Below, piece by piece: positions 48,807 to 58,561 of a DNA stretch of 64,000 bases. Location of the stretch: positions 39,767-103,766 of IMG/VR virus record IMGVR_UViG_3300030433_001901; one strand, written 5' to 3'. The notes below the pieces were generated by a model, which was not told the DNA's origin, ran no database searches, and saw nothing but the letters and a program-made list of their open reading frames with translations. Each line of letters opens with the position of its first letter. Position 1 is the stretch's first letter. This stretch comes from a virus. Taxonomy: Duplodnaviria > Caudoviricetes. The translations under genes and the position numbers were made by a program.

Positions 48807-49285
48807 TGAGAATAGATACAAAGAAATGGTTAAATGATTTTGACATAAACACGACGGATAACATTAGTGGTTTAGTTGATGGTATGAGATGCGCGGCTGT
48901 TATACCTATCAAACCTAAAGCACAGATGAATGTCTTACTTGAATGCGGCTATGCTGTTGATACTGATACCAATAAAAGGTATTACGAACAGACACCTAAC
49001 CCTATTGGAAAGGTTCTTGTGCGCGCATTGAAACCTATGCTCAAAGGTAATGTCTTGATTGGTAAGAGCGTTTTTGATAGTAAGAAACTAAGACTATTCA
49101 CTAAGCATTACAGACGCGCCGATGATAGTTTGACTATCTATGGTGGTGATAAGAATAGTATCATTAGAATGTTATCACCTTGTGGTGATTGGTTGTTCTT
49201 GTTAGCACCTGTCGTTGATGATATGGATACACAATTCAATCATGCGTCTGTCGTAGAACTTGATGAGATAAAGGAGTTGTGGTAA
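48806..49285 (+). CDS. Hypothetical protein
   Basis: TGATG-coupled 159-aa ORF. Confidence 0.6.
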   Translation: MRIDTKKWLNDFDINTTDNISGLVDGMRCAAVIPIKPKAQMNVLLECGYAVDTDTNKRYYEQTPNPIGKVLVRALKPMLKGNVLIGKSVFDSKKLRLFTKHYRRADDSLTIYGGDKNSIIRMLSPCGDWLFLLAPVVDDMDTQFNHASVVELDEIKELW

Positions 49286-49286
49286 G

Positions 49287-49640
49287 ATGACAACACGAAC
49301 ACCTATACTACTTGCAGACGGAACAATTATTTCTGTTCAAGCAAACAGTGGAGTTAAATGTTCACCACCAAGTGATTCGGCTTTCGCATATTCATCAGTT
49401 GATATTCTCATTGAGAAACCAAACGACCACGAATGGAATAACGGAACAGACAAGCACGGAGCATGGACTTCAACAGAAGACCTCATGCAACTAATCATCA
49501 AAGGTGGAGGTATTGTCGGAGGACAACTACCACCGTTGGACTTTGGTAATAAGTTCCTTGTTGAAGCGCGCCTTGAGAAAATCCATAGAGAAACCGATGA
49601 TTGGTTTTGGGCGCGACAAGCAAAGAAGGAGGAAGAATAA
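49287..49640 (+). CDS. Hypothetical protein
   Basis: ADGTIISVQA motif common in viral early proteins. Confidence 0.6.
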   Translation: MTTRTPILLADGTIISVQANSGVKCSPPSDSAFAYSSVDILIEKPNDHEWNNGTDKHGAWTSTEDLMQLIIKGGGIVGGQLPPLDFGNKFLVEARLEKIHRETDDWFWARQAKKEEE

Positions 49641-49984
49641 TGTATAGATACACAGATGATAAACACGGAATAAGACAAATAGAACTGATAGAGTTTGACG
49701 ACAATGAACACTATGATACTTTCATAGCGGAAGTATCGGAGATAGCATGGGGAGATAGCGGAACATACACAGACGCTAAGACAAACGAACTTGTATGTCC
49801 ACGCCCTCCCTATGGTGTAAGTGAAACTCTTGAACGACTACGCAAAGATAACACCTATGCTCACGCATGGATAGCATTGAGTATGTGGTGTGGCGCGGGG
49901 GAGTTTGATGTTGATGAGGACACAGATGAGAAAATGGACTTGCGCGATTTCATGAATGACATATTGAAGGAGGCTAAACAATGA
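49640..49984 (+). CDS. Acidic hypothetical protein
   Basis: ATG 49640 after GGAGG. Confidence 0.6.
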   Translation: MYRYTDDKHGIRQIELIEFDDNEHYDTFIAEVSEIAWGDSGTYTDAKTNELVCPRPPYGVSETLERLRKDNTYAHAWIALSMWCGAGEFDVDEDTDEKMDLRDFMNDILKEAKQ

Positions 49985-50424
49985 CACGATACTACCACGC
50001 AACACCAAGAGATAACTTAGATTCAATCATGCAACACGGAATCCAAATGAACTTTGGTGAAGTGTATTGCTCAACTGATGAAGAATCAGCCGCGCGTTGG
50101 ATATGTTTTACACGAAGACATAGTAAAGAGATAATGACATTACCATTTGACAGACCCGATGGAGATAAGCGAATGCGCTTAGGTGCAGACCATTCACCTC
50201 TCATGACAAAGATGCTTGGCATTGATGATGAAGGCGCGTCGTTTGTTTCAACTGAATCAATACCACCTAAAGATATTGTAATACACGAAATCCATGTATG
50301 GCAGAATCCATTTTACACACCGAAAGCAGAATACGATATGCTCAAGATGATGAAACAAAATCAAGACGCGCTAATGAAAGCAGGTGCAGAAGTAATGAAA
50401 GACATAGGAGATGAAGAGGAATGA
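49981..50424 (+). CDS. ADP-ribosyltransferase-fold protein
   Basis: YYHAT..NLDSIMQHGI..VYCST..IPP pattern. Confidence 0.6.
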   Translation: MTRYYHATPRDNLDSIMQHGIQMNFGEVYCSTDEESAARWICFTRRHSKEIMTLPFDRPDGDKRMRLGADHSPLMTKMLGIDDEGASFVSTESIPPKDIVIHEIHVWQNPFYTPKAEYDMLKMMKQNQDALMKAGAEVMKDIGDEEE

Positions 50425-50948
50425 ATATATTTGTATTAGATGAGAACCCTATTACTGCCGCGCAGATGATGTGCGACAAACACATACCAAAGATGGTAGT
50501 TGAAACAGCGCAGATGTTAGCAAGCGCGCTACGACGACATGGTGCTACTGATGATATGATGCCTATTGCGAAAACTACTGGCCGCCCATACAAGGGGGGC
50601 TATCACAATCACCCATGCACTATATGGTCGTCTGTATCACAGATGAACTTCTTATGGTTGGTTGAACATGGCCTCGCGCTATCAGTTGAATACATGACGC
50701 GCTTTGGTAAAACTCATGCTTGTAGTGATGCGATTACTCAAATGCAACATCATTACAATATCATACCCGTCGGCAAACTTACACCGTTTGCTCGCGCATT
50801 CAACAAGGAACTATACCCTTTCTTGTATGATGAAGAACAATACAGCGCAGTTGAAGCATACCGCGCTTACTATTCCATTGACAAACGCAGGTTTGCCAAG
50901 TGGGAAAAAGGAACACCCGCGCCTTACTGGTGGGAGGAATTAGAATGA
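50421..50948 (+). CDS. Pyrimidine-dimer DNA glycosylase (DenV/Pyr_excise)-like protein
   Basis: MNIFVLDENP..AQ..CDKH..KMVVETAQML, NHPCTIW, EY..RFGKTH, AYRAYY. Confidence 0.75.
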   Translation: MNIFVLDENPITAAQMMCDKHIPKMVVETAQMLASALRRHGATDDMMPIAKTTGRPYKGGYHNHPCTIWSSVSQMNFLWLVEHGLALSVEYMTRFGKTHACSDAITQMQHHYNIIPVGKLTPFARAFNKELYPFLYDEEQYSAVEAYRAYYSIDKRRFAKWEKGTPAPYWWEELE

Positions 50949-51199
50949 ATAGACAAACGAATATAAAAGAATTAGAAATGAAAAAGAGAATAGAAAAACT
51001 TGAGAAAGAACTCGCGTTCTATAAAGACAACTGCACGGTTGTATGGTTGCCCGAAGATGTGTTGTCGCTTGACGACACGCTAACAAAAGAGCAAGTATCG
51101 TGGGTTCTTGAAAGAATGGAACATAAACACGACGCTACATTGGGTATCAGTTGGGACACGGTTGACTTTTGGATTCAAGAGGTGAAGAATTATGAATGA
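50945..51199 (+). CDS. Hypothetical protein
   Basis: W.PEDV..HDATLGISWDTV. Confidence 0.6.
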   Translation: MNRQTNIKELEMKKRIEKLEKELAFYKDNCTVVWLPEDVLSLDDTLTKEQVSWVLERMEHKHDATLGISWDTVDFWIQEVKNYE

Positions 51200-51392
51200 A
51201 GAAGTAGTATGGAATGAATTGACAGGAACTTTGTGGCAATACATAAAGAAAGAACACATGGAAATGAATACAAATGAAACCATTACAGACGAACAATGGG
51301 AACTGTTTATTCATGGGGTTCAAGATTCATTTGCTGACGAAGTTTCGCGATTGGCTTCCGATTTTTGGAGAGATTGGGGGATTAGTCAATGA
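51192..51392 (+). CDS. Hypothetical protein
   Basis: 66 aa; GAGGTGA RBS. Confidence 0.55.
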   Translation: MNEEVVWNELTGTLWQYIKKEHMEMNTNETITDEQWELFIHGVQDSFADEVSRLASDFWRDWGISQ

Positions 51393-51904
51393 CATTTTGG
51401 TTGCTTGATAAGAACCCTGTTCAAAGTGCAAACAGACTATGTTGGCTTGATTGCGAGAGCGCGGCTTTTGATGGTGCGCGTATCATAGTTTCAGCGTTTG
51501 AAGAACAAGGTCAAGACATTGAGGGAATAGGTGTTGAGCCTATGAAGAAGCACCCGCTTATCCGTTGGGCTGTTGTGTCCGCTGATAATGCAAGGTGGTT
51601 ATACAGATACACTTTGGCCGCTACAATCAAGTGGGGTAAAGAACACAAAATGAAAGACTACCAAGATATGCTTAAGACCCTTAGTAATGTCGCATGTCGT
51701 ATTGACGAAATGTTGCCTCAAAAACAAATGACGCTATTTGGAAACTTCTATTTGACTGATGAGTTAAATGAAATGTGGCCGACATCAGCAAGGAAGTTAA
51801 CCATAGAAGACATTGAATCAAACCGCGCTTATTACGAGCGCACAAGAGAACACTTGATGTGGGCTGACCACAATCCAAAGTTATACGGAGGCGAAGAAGA
51901 ATGA
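51389..51904 (+). CDS. Diverged paralogue of the DenV-like protein
   Basis: MTFWLLDKNPVQSA, KHPLIRW..S..N..WL and NRAYY align with 50421-50948. Confidence 0.6.
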   Translation: MTFWLLDKNPVQSANRLCWLDCESAAFDGARIIVSAFEEQGQDIEGIGVEPMKKHPLIRWAVVSADNARWLYRYTLAATIKWGKEHKMKDYQDMLKTLSNVACRIDEMLPQKQMTLFGNFYLTDELNEMWPTSARKLTIEDIESNRAYYERTREHLMWADHNPKLYGGEEE

Positions 51905-52191
51905 GTTTTGAAGAATACATGAAACTTGGTGAAGAGAGAATTGAACGCACCGCTAACGCGTGGGATAAGATGGCCGAATCTTTCTTTGAACGACACGGTT
52001 GGACTAAATCACACATGGCTTACTCCACCGAGCGAGCCACAAAGACGCTATGGGTAATGACTCAAGACGACCCCGAAGTTTGGGAGGACACAGGCATTAG
52101 CGCAAAGAAGGCTGACCGATTACTATGTGAAGGGTGGGACACGGCTGAACTTATTGGCTACGAAGAATGGATAAAGGAGATGAAACAATGA
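51901..52191 (+). CDS. Hypothetical protein
   Basis: ATGA-coupled ORF. Confidence 0.6.
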   Translation: MSFEEYMKLGEERIERTANAWDKMAESFFERHGWTKSHMAYSTERATKTLWVMTQDDPEVWEDTGISAKKADRLLCEGWDTAELIGYEEWIKEMKQ

Positions 52192-52634
52192 GCGAGAAAG
52201 CGATTGAAACTTTAAGAGAGGTAATACAGTTCATCAAAGATGAATGTCCAAGTTGGGAGGCTATATCCGACATGTTTGAATTATGTCATGAATGTGGCGG
52301 AATACCAACAGGCAGTTATGGTAAAGATACACCGTTTATTGAATGCGCGTCGGACAATTGCGATACAGCATTTGATAGAATGTGTGAAGATTTCATAGAC
52401 GAAACAGGTAATGGTAATAGCACACGCAATTTACAGTCGCAACTGTATGATTTAATGAGAGCGAACAGTCAACTACTTGAGTTTGCGCGTATAGAAGCAG
52501 ACAATCTAAAGACGCATGGTATAGATACCAAACACATGACTACTGATGAATTAGTATGGTCGCGCTTAAATGGTTTTGACCGAAGCATGCTCAATGAAAG
52601 AATAGTTGAATATTGGAAGGAGATGAGAAATTGA
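52188..52634 (+). CDS. Cys-containing hypothetical protein
   Basis: ATG 52188 coupled; CHECGG..CASDNC. Confidence 0.6.
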   Translation: MSEKAIETLREVIQFIKDECPSWEAISDMFELCHECGGIPTGSYGKDTPFIECASDNCDTAFDRMCEDFIDETGNGNSTRNLQSQLYDLMRANSQLLEFARIEADNLKTHGIDTKHMTTDELVWSRLNGFDRSMLNERIVEYWKEMRN

Positions 52635-52954
52635 AAGCAGATGAAGCAATAGAAATAATAAAAGAAAAGCAAAAAGAAATGATGAGAGAAGCACAAAGAA
52701 TGAGCGAACGCGCAGACAAACTGCAAGCAATAGCCGAATGCCAAGACCTTCAAGGTGGAGGCTACCAATGGCAAGTTTCGGAAATTGTATTTACAGACTG
52801 TTTGATGAAAGTCAAACATCTTAGAATGTTTTGCGTAAAGACGGGCGTTTCATTTGAACTGAAACCAAACCATAGCGATAACAAATACGGCTTACTTATG
52901 TTAGATAATGAGAATATGTCGTTAGAAGAATTCATTGGAGGCGAGGAAGAATGA
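52631..52954 (+). CDS. Hypothetical protein
   Basis: TTGA overlap with the upstream gene. Confidence 0.55.
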   Translation: MKADEAIEIIKEKQKEMMREAQRMSERADKLQAIAECQDLQGGGYQWQVSEIVFTDCLMKVKHLRMFCVKTGVSFELKPNHSDNKYGLLMLDNENMSLEEFIGGEEE

Positions 52955-53349
52955 TTGACACAGACAAATACGCAGAAGTAATTGATGATGATGGATATTT
53001 TTGTGAGGATAAGATAGCAGACCTGCTCGCAGAAGTCAAGCGGCTTAACCGACGACTTGTTGAAGCCGATTGTCTTATAGATACGCTTCAAACAATGGCT
53101 GATAATCAAGCCGAAGAAGTCAAGCGGTTGCGTGAATCAAATGAGTTCCTCATGAGGATTGATAGAGAAGCAACAAAGGAGAATCTAAAGGTGTATGAAG
53201 AGAATGACAATTTAATGAAGTTATGTATAGAAAGATACGCTGAAATCAAGCGGTTGCGTAAGCAGTTAGATAGTCTAAGAGAGTTTTGTCATAAAGAAGA
53301 TTACGACATTTATAATTGGGAAGTAAAGAACCTTGGTGATGAACAATGA
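52951..53349 (+). CDS. Coiled-coil protein with repeated (A)EVKRL motif
   Basis: EVKRL, EVKRLR and EIKRLR repeats. Confidence 0.6.
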   Translation: MIDTDKYAEVIDDDGYFCEDKIADLLAEVKRLNRRLVEADCLIDTLQTMADNQAEEVKRLRESNEFLMRIDREATKENLKVYEENDNLMKLCIERYAEIKRLRKQLDSLREFCHKEDYDIYNWEVKNLGDEQ

Positions 53350-55307
53350 ATATAACATTTGAAAGATATACAGATAACTACGGTGCGCGTATTGCACTTA
53401 ACAAAATACCATTTGAATTGAAAGACGCTATGAAAGAACACATGGGTTGGCCTCAATTCTCATGGAATGGAGCAAAGGGTCTATGGACAATTCAAGACCG
53501 CGCTGATGTAATTGAGAAGGCTCTTGCTTTCCTTGCTGAACATGACATTGAAGTGTATGGTTTAGAATATGATGAGTCGGCTATTGAAACACCCGTTGGT
53601 CAAGCAACTGCACACTATTCCGCGCCGGATAATATTGTCCTTGCTTGGGATTTCCAACCAAACTGGCAAAACATCAACGCGGCATTGAAAGATGCGGCGG
53701 TTGGTAGTGCTAAGTGGGTCAACAAAACTAAGTCTTGGGTTATACCTATCAACACGGCTATTGCTGTCGCTAACGCTGTCCGACCACACTTCGCACCATT
53801 GGCTGATGCTATTGAGGAATGTCCTCAAGTGCAATCTTCTCACGAAGCAACACTACAACGAGTTGAACTATCAAGCGCGGTTGAAACCAAACTTGAACTT
53901 CCCGACATGCCTATCTATAACATGATGCGACCATATCAACGCATAGCACCTATTATGTATCGCACAGGTGGTCGCAATCGTATTCTCATTGCTGACGAGA
54001 TGGGTCTTGGTAAATCATTACAGGCTCTTGGTTGTTCTCACTTCGCTGAACATCAGCGCGTCTTGATTGTATGCCCTGCTATTGTTAAACACAATTGGGC
54101 TAACGAGATAACCAAATGGTTGCAGACATCATCTTTCATCATCAACGGTTGGCAAGGAGATATTGAAGAAACGCGCTTCAACATTATCAACTATGATATT
54201 TTAGAGAAGCGTCTTGACCACTTGATGGCGATTGACTATGACTGTATCATCTTTGATGAGGTTCACAGAATCAAGAACCCAAAGAGTAAGACAACCAAAG
54301 CCGCGCTAAAATTGGCTCAAGGTAAGCAAGGTATCATTGCGCTGTCGGGAACTCCAATCACTAACAGACCGATAGAGTTCTTCACATCACTAAATATGAT
54401 GCTACCCGCCACCTTCTCTAATTACTTTACTTTCGCTAAGAAGTATTGTAATGCACGACACAACGGCTTCGGTTGGGATTACAGCGGTTCATCTAATATT
54501 GACAAGAGTTATGACGGTATTACTACACCACTAAATCACATCTTGCGTGATTTCATGTTGCGCAGAACAATGGACGACCCGCGTATTGCAGGTGAGATGC
54601 CGGACTTAGTTGAAACTATTATCAATCTTGATTTACCACCGGAAGCCATCAAAGCATACAAGTTAGAATACAACTCATGGACAGAAGAATGGGTCAAGCA
54701 ACAGTCTAACTTTGGTTCAACAGACGCGGGCTTTGCTCTCAACATGATGACACAACTCCGACATATCGCAGGTCGCCTCAAAGTTGACGCGGCTGTTAAG
54801 TGGGCAACAACTTACTTTGACCAAAACAAAAAACCGTTGGTTATTTTTGCGCATCACAAAGATGTGCTTAATGAACTATTTACGCGTCTTGACCTTGAGA
54901 GAAAATCGGACATCATCACAGGAGATACACACAATGATGATAGGAAGTCAATCATAGATAGTTTCCAAAAGGGAGAGATTGCTTTCCTTGTCTGTTCCAC
55001 CAACGCTATGCGTGAAGGTGTTAACCTTGACTATGCTAACACAACCTTGTTCGTTGAGCGTGAATGGGTGCCAGCGTGGGAACAACAAGCGGCGGCGCGT
55101 GTTCGTCGTATGACTCAAGAAGAATCCACTTGTCATAAAGTAGTTCTATCTGCTAACGATACAATAGATACTATGTTTGACCAAGTAGTAGCGGAGAAGG
55201 CTGACCTTGTGCAACGCGCTCTTGATGGTGAAACAGGAAAGACGCGTGATGAGATTGGTAAAGCATTACTGAACAAACTAAAAAGCGGAATGGGGGTGAT
55301 GGTATGA
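53346..55307 (+). CDS. SNF2-family (HARP/SMARCAL1-like) helicase
   Basis: IADEMGLGKS, DEVH, LSGTP, EGVNL, QAAARVRR; two N-terminal HARP-like W..K.W repeats. Confidence 0.9.
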   Translation: MNITFERYTDNYGARIALNKIPFELKDAMKEHMGWPQFSWNGAKGLWTIQDRADVIEKALAFLAEHDIEVYGLEYDESAIETPVGQATAHYSAPDNIVLAWDFQPNWQNINAALKDAAVGSAKWVNKTKSWVIPINTAIAVANAVRPHFAPLADAIEECPQVQSSHEATLQRVELSSAVETKLELPDMPIYNMMRPYQRIAPIMYRTGGRNRILIADEMGLGKSLQALGCSHFAEHQRVLIVCPAIVKHNWANEITKWLQTSSFIINGWQGDIEETRFNIINYDILEKRLDHLMAIDYDCIIFDEVHRIKNPKSKTTKAALKLAQGKQGIIALSGTPITNRPIEFFTSLNMMLPATFSNYFTFAKKYCNARHNGFGWDYSGSSNIDKSYDGITTPLNHILRDFMLRRTMDDPRIAGEMPDLVETIINLDLPPEAIKAYKLEYNSWTEEWVKQQSNFGSTDAGFALNMMTQLRHIAGRLKVDAAVKWATTYFDQNKKPLVIFAHHKDVLNELFTRLDLERKSDIITGDTHNDDRKSIIDSFQKGEIAFLVCSTNAMREGVNLDYANTTLFVEREWVPAWEQQAAARVRRMTQEESTCHKVVLSANDTIDTMFDQVVAEKADLVQRALDGETGKTRDEIGKALLNKLKSGMGVMV

Positions 55308-55621
55308 ATGATGTATTAGACGACGATTATGTTGTTCACATTGGTAATGGTATCCATGCTTATTTGAAGGACATAGACAATAAAACTTTGAAGAATAAAG
55401 CACACAAAAGTCTGCATCGTTTGAGAGAAGCAGTTATTAGAGTAGCGGCGATGAAGTCCGAGTTTGAAAGACGCGGGGAAGATGCACCGTTTGTGTTCGC
55501 CCTTTCGGAATTCAACATATTCCAAATATCAACGCACGCAACCCTAATAGGAGTTAAGTCATTTAATGAAAGACAACCTCAAAGACAATTAAGCACGCGT
55601 AAGGAGGGAGAGGAAGAATGA
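55304..55621 (+). CDS. Hypothetical protein
   Basis: ATGA-coupled ORF. Confidence 0.55.
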   Translation: MNDVLDDDYVVHIGNGIHAYLKDIDNKTLKNKAHKSLHRLREAVIRVAAMKSEFERRGEDAPFVFALSEFNIFQISTHATLIGVKSFNERQPQRQLSTRKEGEEE

Positions 55622-55733
55622 AGTATGAAGGAATGTATAGAGAATTATACTACATTATAACCCGTCAATCAGCGCAAGAAAGAATGGATTTATTCTATAA
55701 TTGGTATCTAAAAAACAAAGGAGATGAACAAGA

Positions 55734-55931
55734 ATGAGAAGCGCGGCTGAACCTCTTGATGTTATCATACTACCATACAAAGACTGTCCGTGTGGACAAC
55801 ACCCTAATGCCTATGTTGATATGCTGATATATAGAACCGTTCCATACGGCATCTTCCATAAGATAGAGATTGTCTGTGATATTACAAACACAACTTACGA
55901 GATGCTACCCGCTTTTATTGAGAAAGAATAA
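55734..55931 (+). CDS. Small Cys/His protein
   Basis: CPCGQH; GGAG RBS. Confidence 0.55.
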   Translation: MRSAAEPLDVIILPYKDCPCGQHPNAYVDMLIYRTVPYGIFHKIEIVCDITNTTYEMLPAFIEKE

Positions 55932-55945
55932 AAAGGTTCTCCCGC

Positions 55946-56254
55946 TTGGGGGTGAATGTGTCGGTTTCTTTTGAAATAAGCGTCGCTGATTTTACCGACT
56001 GTGGAAGGTTAATCAAACCAAACGGTGAAGACGCGGTTCTCAAAGGCATCATCATTGATACCGACGACGGACAATCACACATGATAGAAGGTTATGACTA
56101 TGCCTCGCACTTGCTTGGTGATGTTATCATGTGTTCATGTGGCGAACAAATTGACCCCCACCAAATTGCTCTTTACACAAAGAAGCGTGAGGTAATTCTA
56201 ATTCCCGCGAGATGTTGTAGTAAATTCCGCTGGTATAAAGGTGAAGAAATATGA
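55946..56254 (+). CDS. Small Zn-binding hypothetical protein
   Basis: CSCG..RCC; true start may be GTG 55958. Confidence 0.55.
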   Translation: MGVNVSVSFEISVADFTDCGRLIKPNGEDAVLKGIIIDTDDGQSHMIEGYDYASHLLGDVIMCSCGEQIDPHQIALYTKKREVILIPARCCSKFRWYKGEEI

Positions 56255-56898
56255 TAGAAGATAATTGGAAGCCCACGCAAGATGATATAGATTGGACAAA
56301 AGAGCATTTCACGCGTATGCAAGTTGGTGATACATGGGGTGTCGCTGATGCTGTATTGCGCAAAGATAAAGACGATACTCTAACGATACTGCAAGCAAGC
56401 CCCGCTTCTCTATTACCTCTTGAAAGAATCAAGAAGGTCTGTGAAGAAATTGATGTTGAACTTATATCCGACGGTGCGGAGATGATACACGACGCACAAG
56501 CCGCCGCACAACAGGCCGCGCAAGAATGGACATGTCCGAAAAGTGGTGTTCCTATCGTGAACTTTGACTTAGATAATCCCGAATGGATATGTATTGACGA
56601 AGGCGAAGAAGCGTGGCGTGTATTAGTTAAACACGAATCCGAAGAAGGCGAAGTGAACGAAGTTGAATTGAGTCCTATGGACTACAACCTTGTTGCGGGT
56701 GATGCATTATTCTTTTCATGGAAAGGCATGAGCGTTCTTGAACGACACGAAATCATAGACTTGGCTGATAACCAAACATTACAAGATTCACTTATTGATG
56801 GGCGCGTATTTATTATGCCTACACAAAGAGATGGTATCATAATACCACCACATCTGCGAGGGCTAATTTTCCGAACTGACCGAGATGAAGAAGAATGA
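56251..56898 (+). CDS. Acidic hypothetical protein
   Basis: 215 aa, ATGA-coupled. Confidence 0.6.
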   Translation: MIEDNWKPTQDDIDWTKEHFTRMQVGDTWGVADAVLRKDKDDTLTILQASPASLLPLERIKKVCEEIDVELISDGAEMIHDAQAAAQQAAQEWTCPKSGVPIVNFDLDNPEWICIDEGEEAWRVLVKHESEEGEVNEVELSPMDYNLVAGDALFFSWKGMSVLERHEIIDLADNQTLQDSLIDGRVFIMPTQRDGIIIPPHLRGLIFRTDRDEEE

Positions 56899-58202
56899 AG
56901 TTTGAAGACTTAGCAAGTGCTGTCTATGCTTCACAGACGGAACCTAACGGTAGTGCGCTTGCTGATTTATTCTCCAACAACTATGACCACGCGCATGACA
57001 TAGTAATGATATGTTGCGCTAATCCAAGAAGTTCTATCAAACCCCACAATGTCGTTAAGATGTTGGCGAACTCTTACGGTCTATTCCCCGAAGAGTATGA
57101 TGAACTAATGGAAGAACACGAAATGCCTACACTACTCGCAAGTGAATCACCACAAGATGTTGAATCCTCATTGACGCTACGAGAAGTTATTGAATTGAAG
57201 GAGATGATTTACTGTGGTGAAGATGTCAACGCTGATATTGTTTTCAAATCAATGAGTCAATTAAGCGCAATGGTGTTTTGGGGTTATGCGTTTGGTAAGA
57301 ACTGCTTGTCGTATAAACGAATCATGCAAGCGATTGCGTCTATCACGAAATACGAAACGAATCATCTTCAACGAATGCGCTCTATTATGCCAGCGGGTGA
57401 GATAATCCAGCGTGCGCTAAACGAAACGCTACCCGACGAATACACAATCCAACCCGCGTATCCTTTCAAAGCACCACACTACTCCCGATGGAACAGGTGG
57501 TCGCTCCCGTTCAAAAATACCCACTATGAAATTGTAAGAGGCAAGAGATACTTTGCACACAGGAGGGGAGATGCCGTCTTTTGTTTTGATTTAAACGCGA
57601 CGCGAATTTCACGGTCGCCCGCGTTCAATGATACTAAGTTTGATTTTGTCTGCGAGATGGACTCGGCTGACAATGTAGTTGAATGGCTATACACAGAAAA
57701 CACACCTACTCTATGGAAAAGAAACCGGAATGAGCGCGCCTTGAATGCTAAGAAAGTTGAAGACCGCGCACATTTGAGAGCGTTAGTTCAATCTTTAGAC
57801 GAAGGTGAAACGCTACGCCTCATTGATGCTGACCGACCATATTTCCATAGTGGAGCCGTTGGAGGATTTATTGTGCCGAGAAGAACATTTGATTTACCGT
57901 TATTGATACTTGGTGGATACCGTGATGGAGAGGGTATCCGCGTTAAGATTGCCGCGCTTGATGGGTTTGACCCATTCCCGATAGGATACGCGTTCATCAA
58001 AGCCGACGACATACCCGAACGACTGGCGAGATTATACGACGCTCAAGGTATGATGGATATAGACGAAGGACTCATCGGTATATTCCACGCACTATCATAC
58101 GACCATGACACGAAAACGCTACGCGCACCTTACTTGACACGGATTGATACCACGCTTGGACAATCCGACGCAATGCAGATTGGAGATTTGATGGAGAGGT
58201 AA
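56895..58202 (+). CDS. Degenerate ATP-dependent DNA ligase homologue (DBD-NTase-OB layout)
   Basis: MKFEDLA start, QPAYPFKAP, YEIVRGKRYFAH (motif I without Lys), FDLPLLILGGYRDGEG, LRAP. Confidence 0.65.
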   Translation: MKFEDLASAVYASQTEPNGSALADLFSNNYDHAHDIVMICCANPRSSIKPHNVVKMLANSYGLFPEEYDELMEEHEMPTLLASESPQDVESSLTLREVIELKEMIYCGEDVNADIVFKSMSQLSAMVFWGYAFGKNCLSYKRIMQAIASITKYETNHLQRMRSIMPAGEIIQRALNETLPDEYTIQPAYPFKAPHYSRWNRWSLPFKNTHYEIVRGKRYFAHRRGDAVFCFDLNATRISRSPAFNDTKFDFVCEMDSADNVVEWLYTENTPTLWKRNRNERALNAKKVEDRAHLRALVQSLDEGETLRLIDADRPYFHSGAVGGFIVPRRTFDLPLLILGGYRDGEGIRVKIAALDGFDPFPIGYAFIKADDIPERLARLYDAQGMMDIDEGLIGIFHALSYDHDTKTLRAPYLTRIDTTLGQSDAMQIGDLMER

Positions 58203-58204
58203 TC

Positions 58205-58561
58205 GTGGACGAAGACGCTTTCTTTCTTGGTTGGCTGGCGAGAGAATGCCGATTCCAATTAAGCGTTCACTTCGCTCCAAACACACGAATAGGATACCGA
58301 GTAGCAAGACGCGTGCTGGTATCACGAAAAGACGAACCCGCCCTCAACATGTGGCTATCCACGAAAGGTATCAACGCACGAATTCTCAAAGACCCCGAAC
58401 TAATCCAACAACTAATACGAATACTCGCTCCTGTCAAACAACATGTGGCTGACATAGACAACATGCTCAAGATGATACGCTTGATGGATTATAAAAAAAG
58501 GAACCCAAAACACGCAGACATAGAAGAAGTCATACGCCTAATAGAAGAAAGTGCTGATTGA
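58205..58561 (+). CDS. Degenerate single-motif LAGLIDADG-like protein
   Basis: FFLGWLARECRF..IGYRV..DEPAL..LIRILAP pattern. Confidence 0.45.
   Translation: MDEDAFFLGWLARECRFQLSVHFAPNTRIGYRVARRVLVSRKDEPALNMWLSTKGINARILKDPELIQQLIRILAPVKQHVADIDNMLKMIRLMDYKKRNPKHADIEEVIRLIEESAD

Noticed and set aside
41320-56898. C-terminal GEEE as a protein degron or tag
   Set aside because: Fully explained by the overlapping RBS and ATGA of the next gene.
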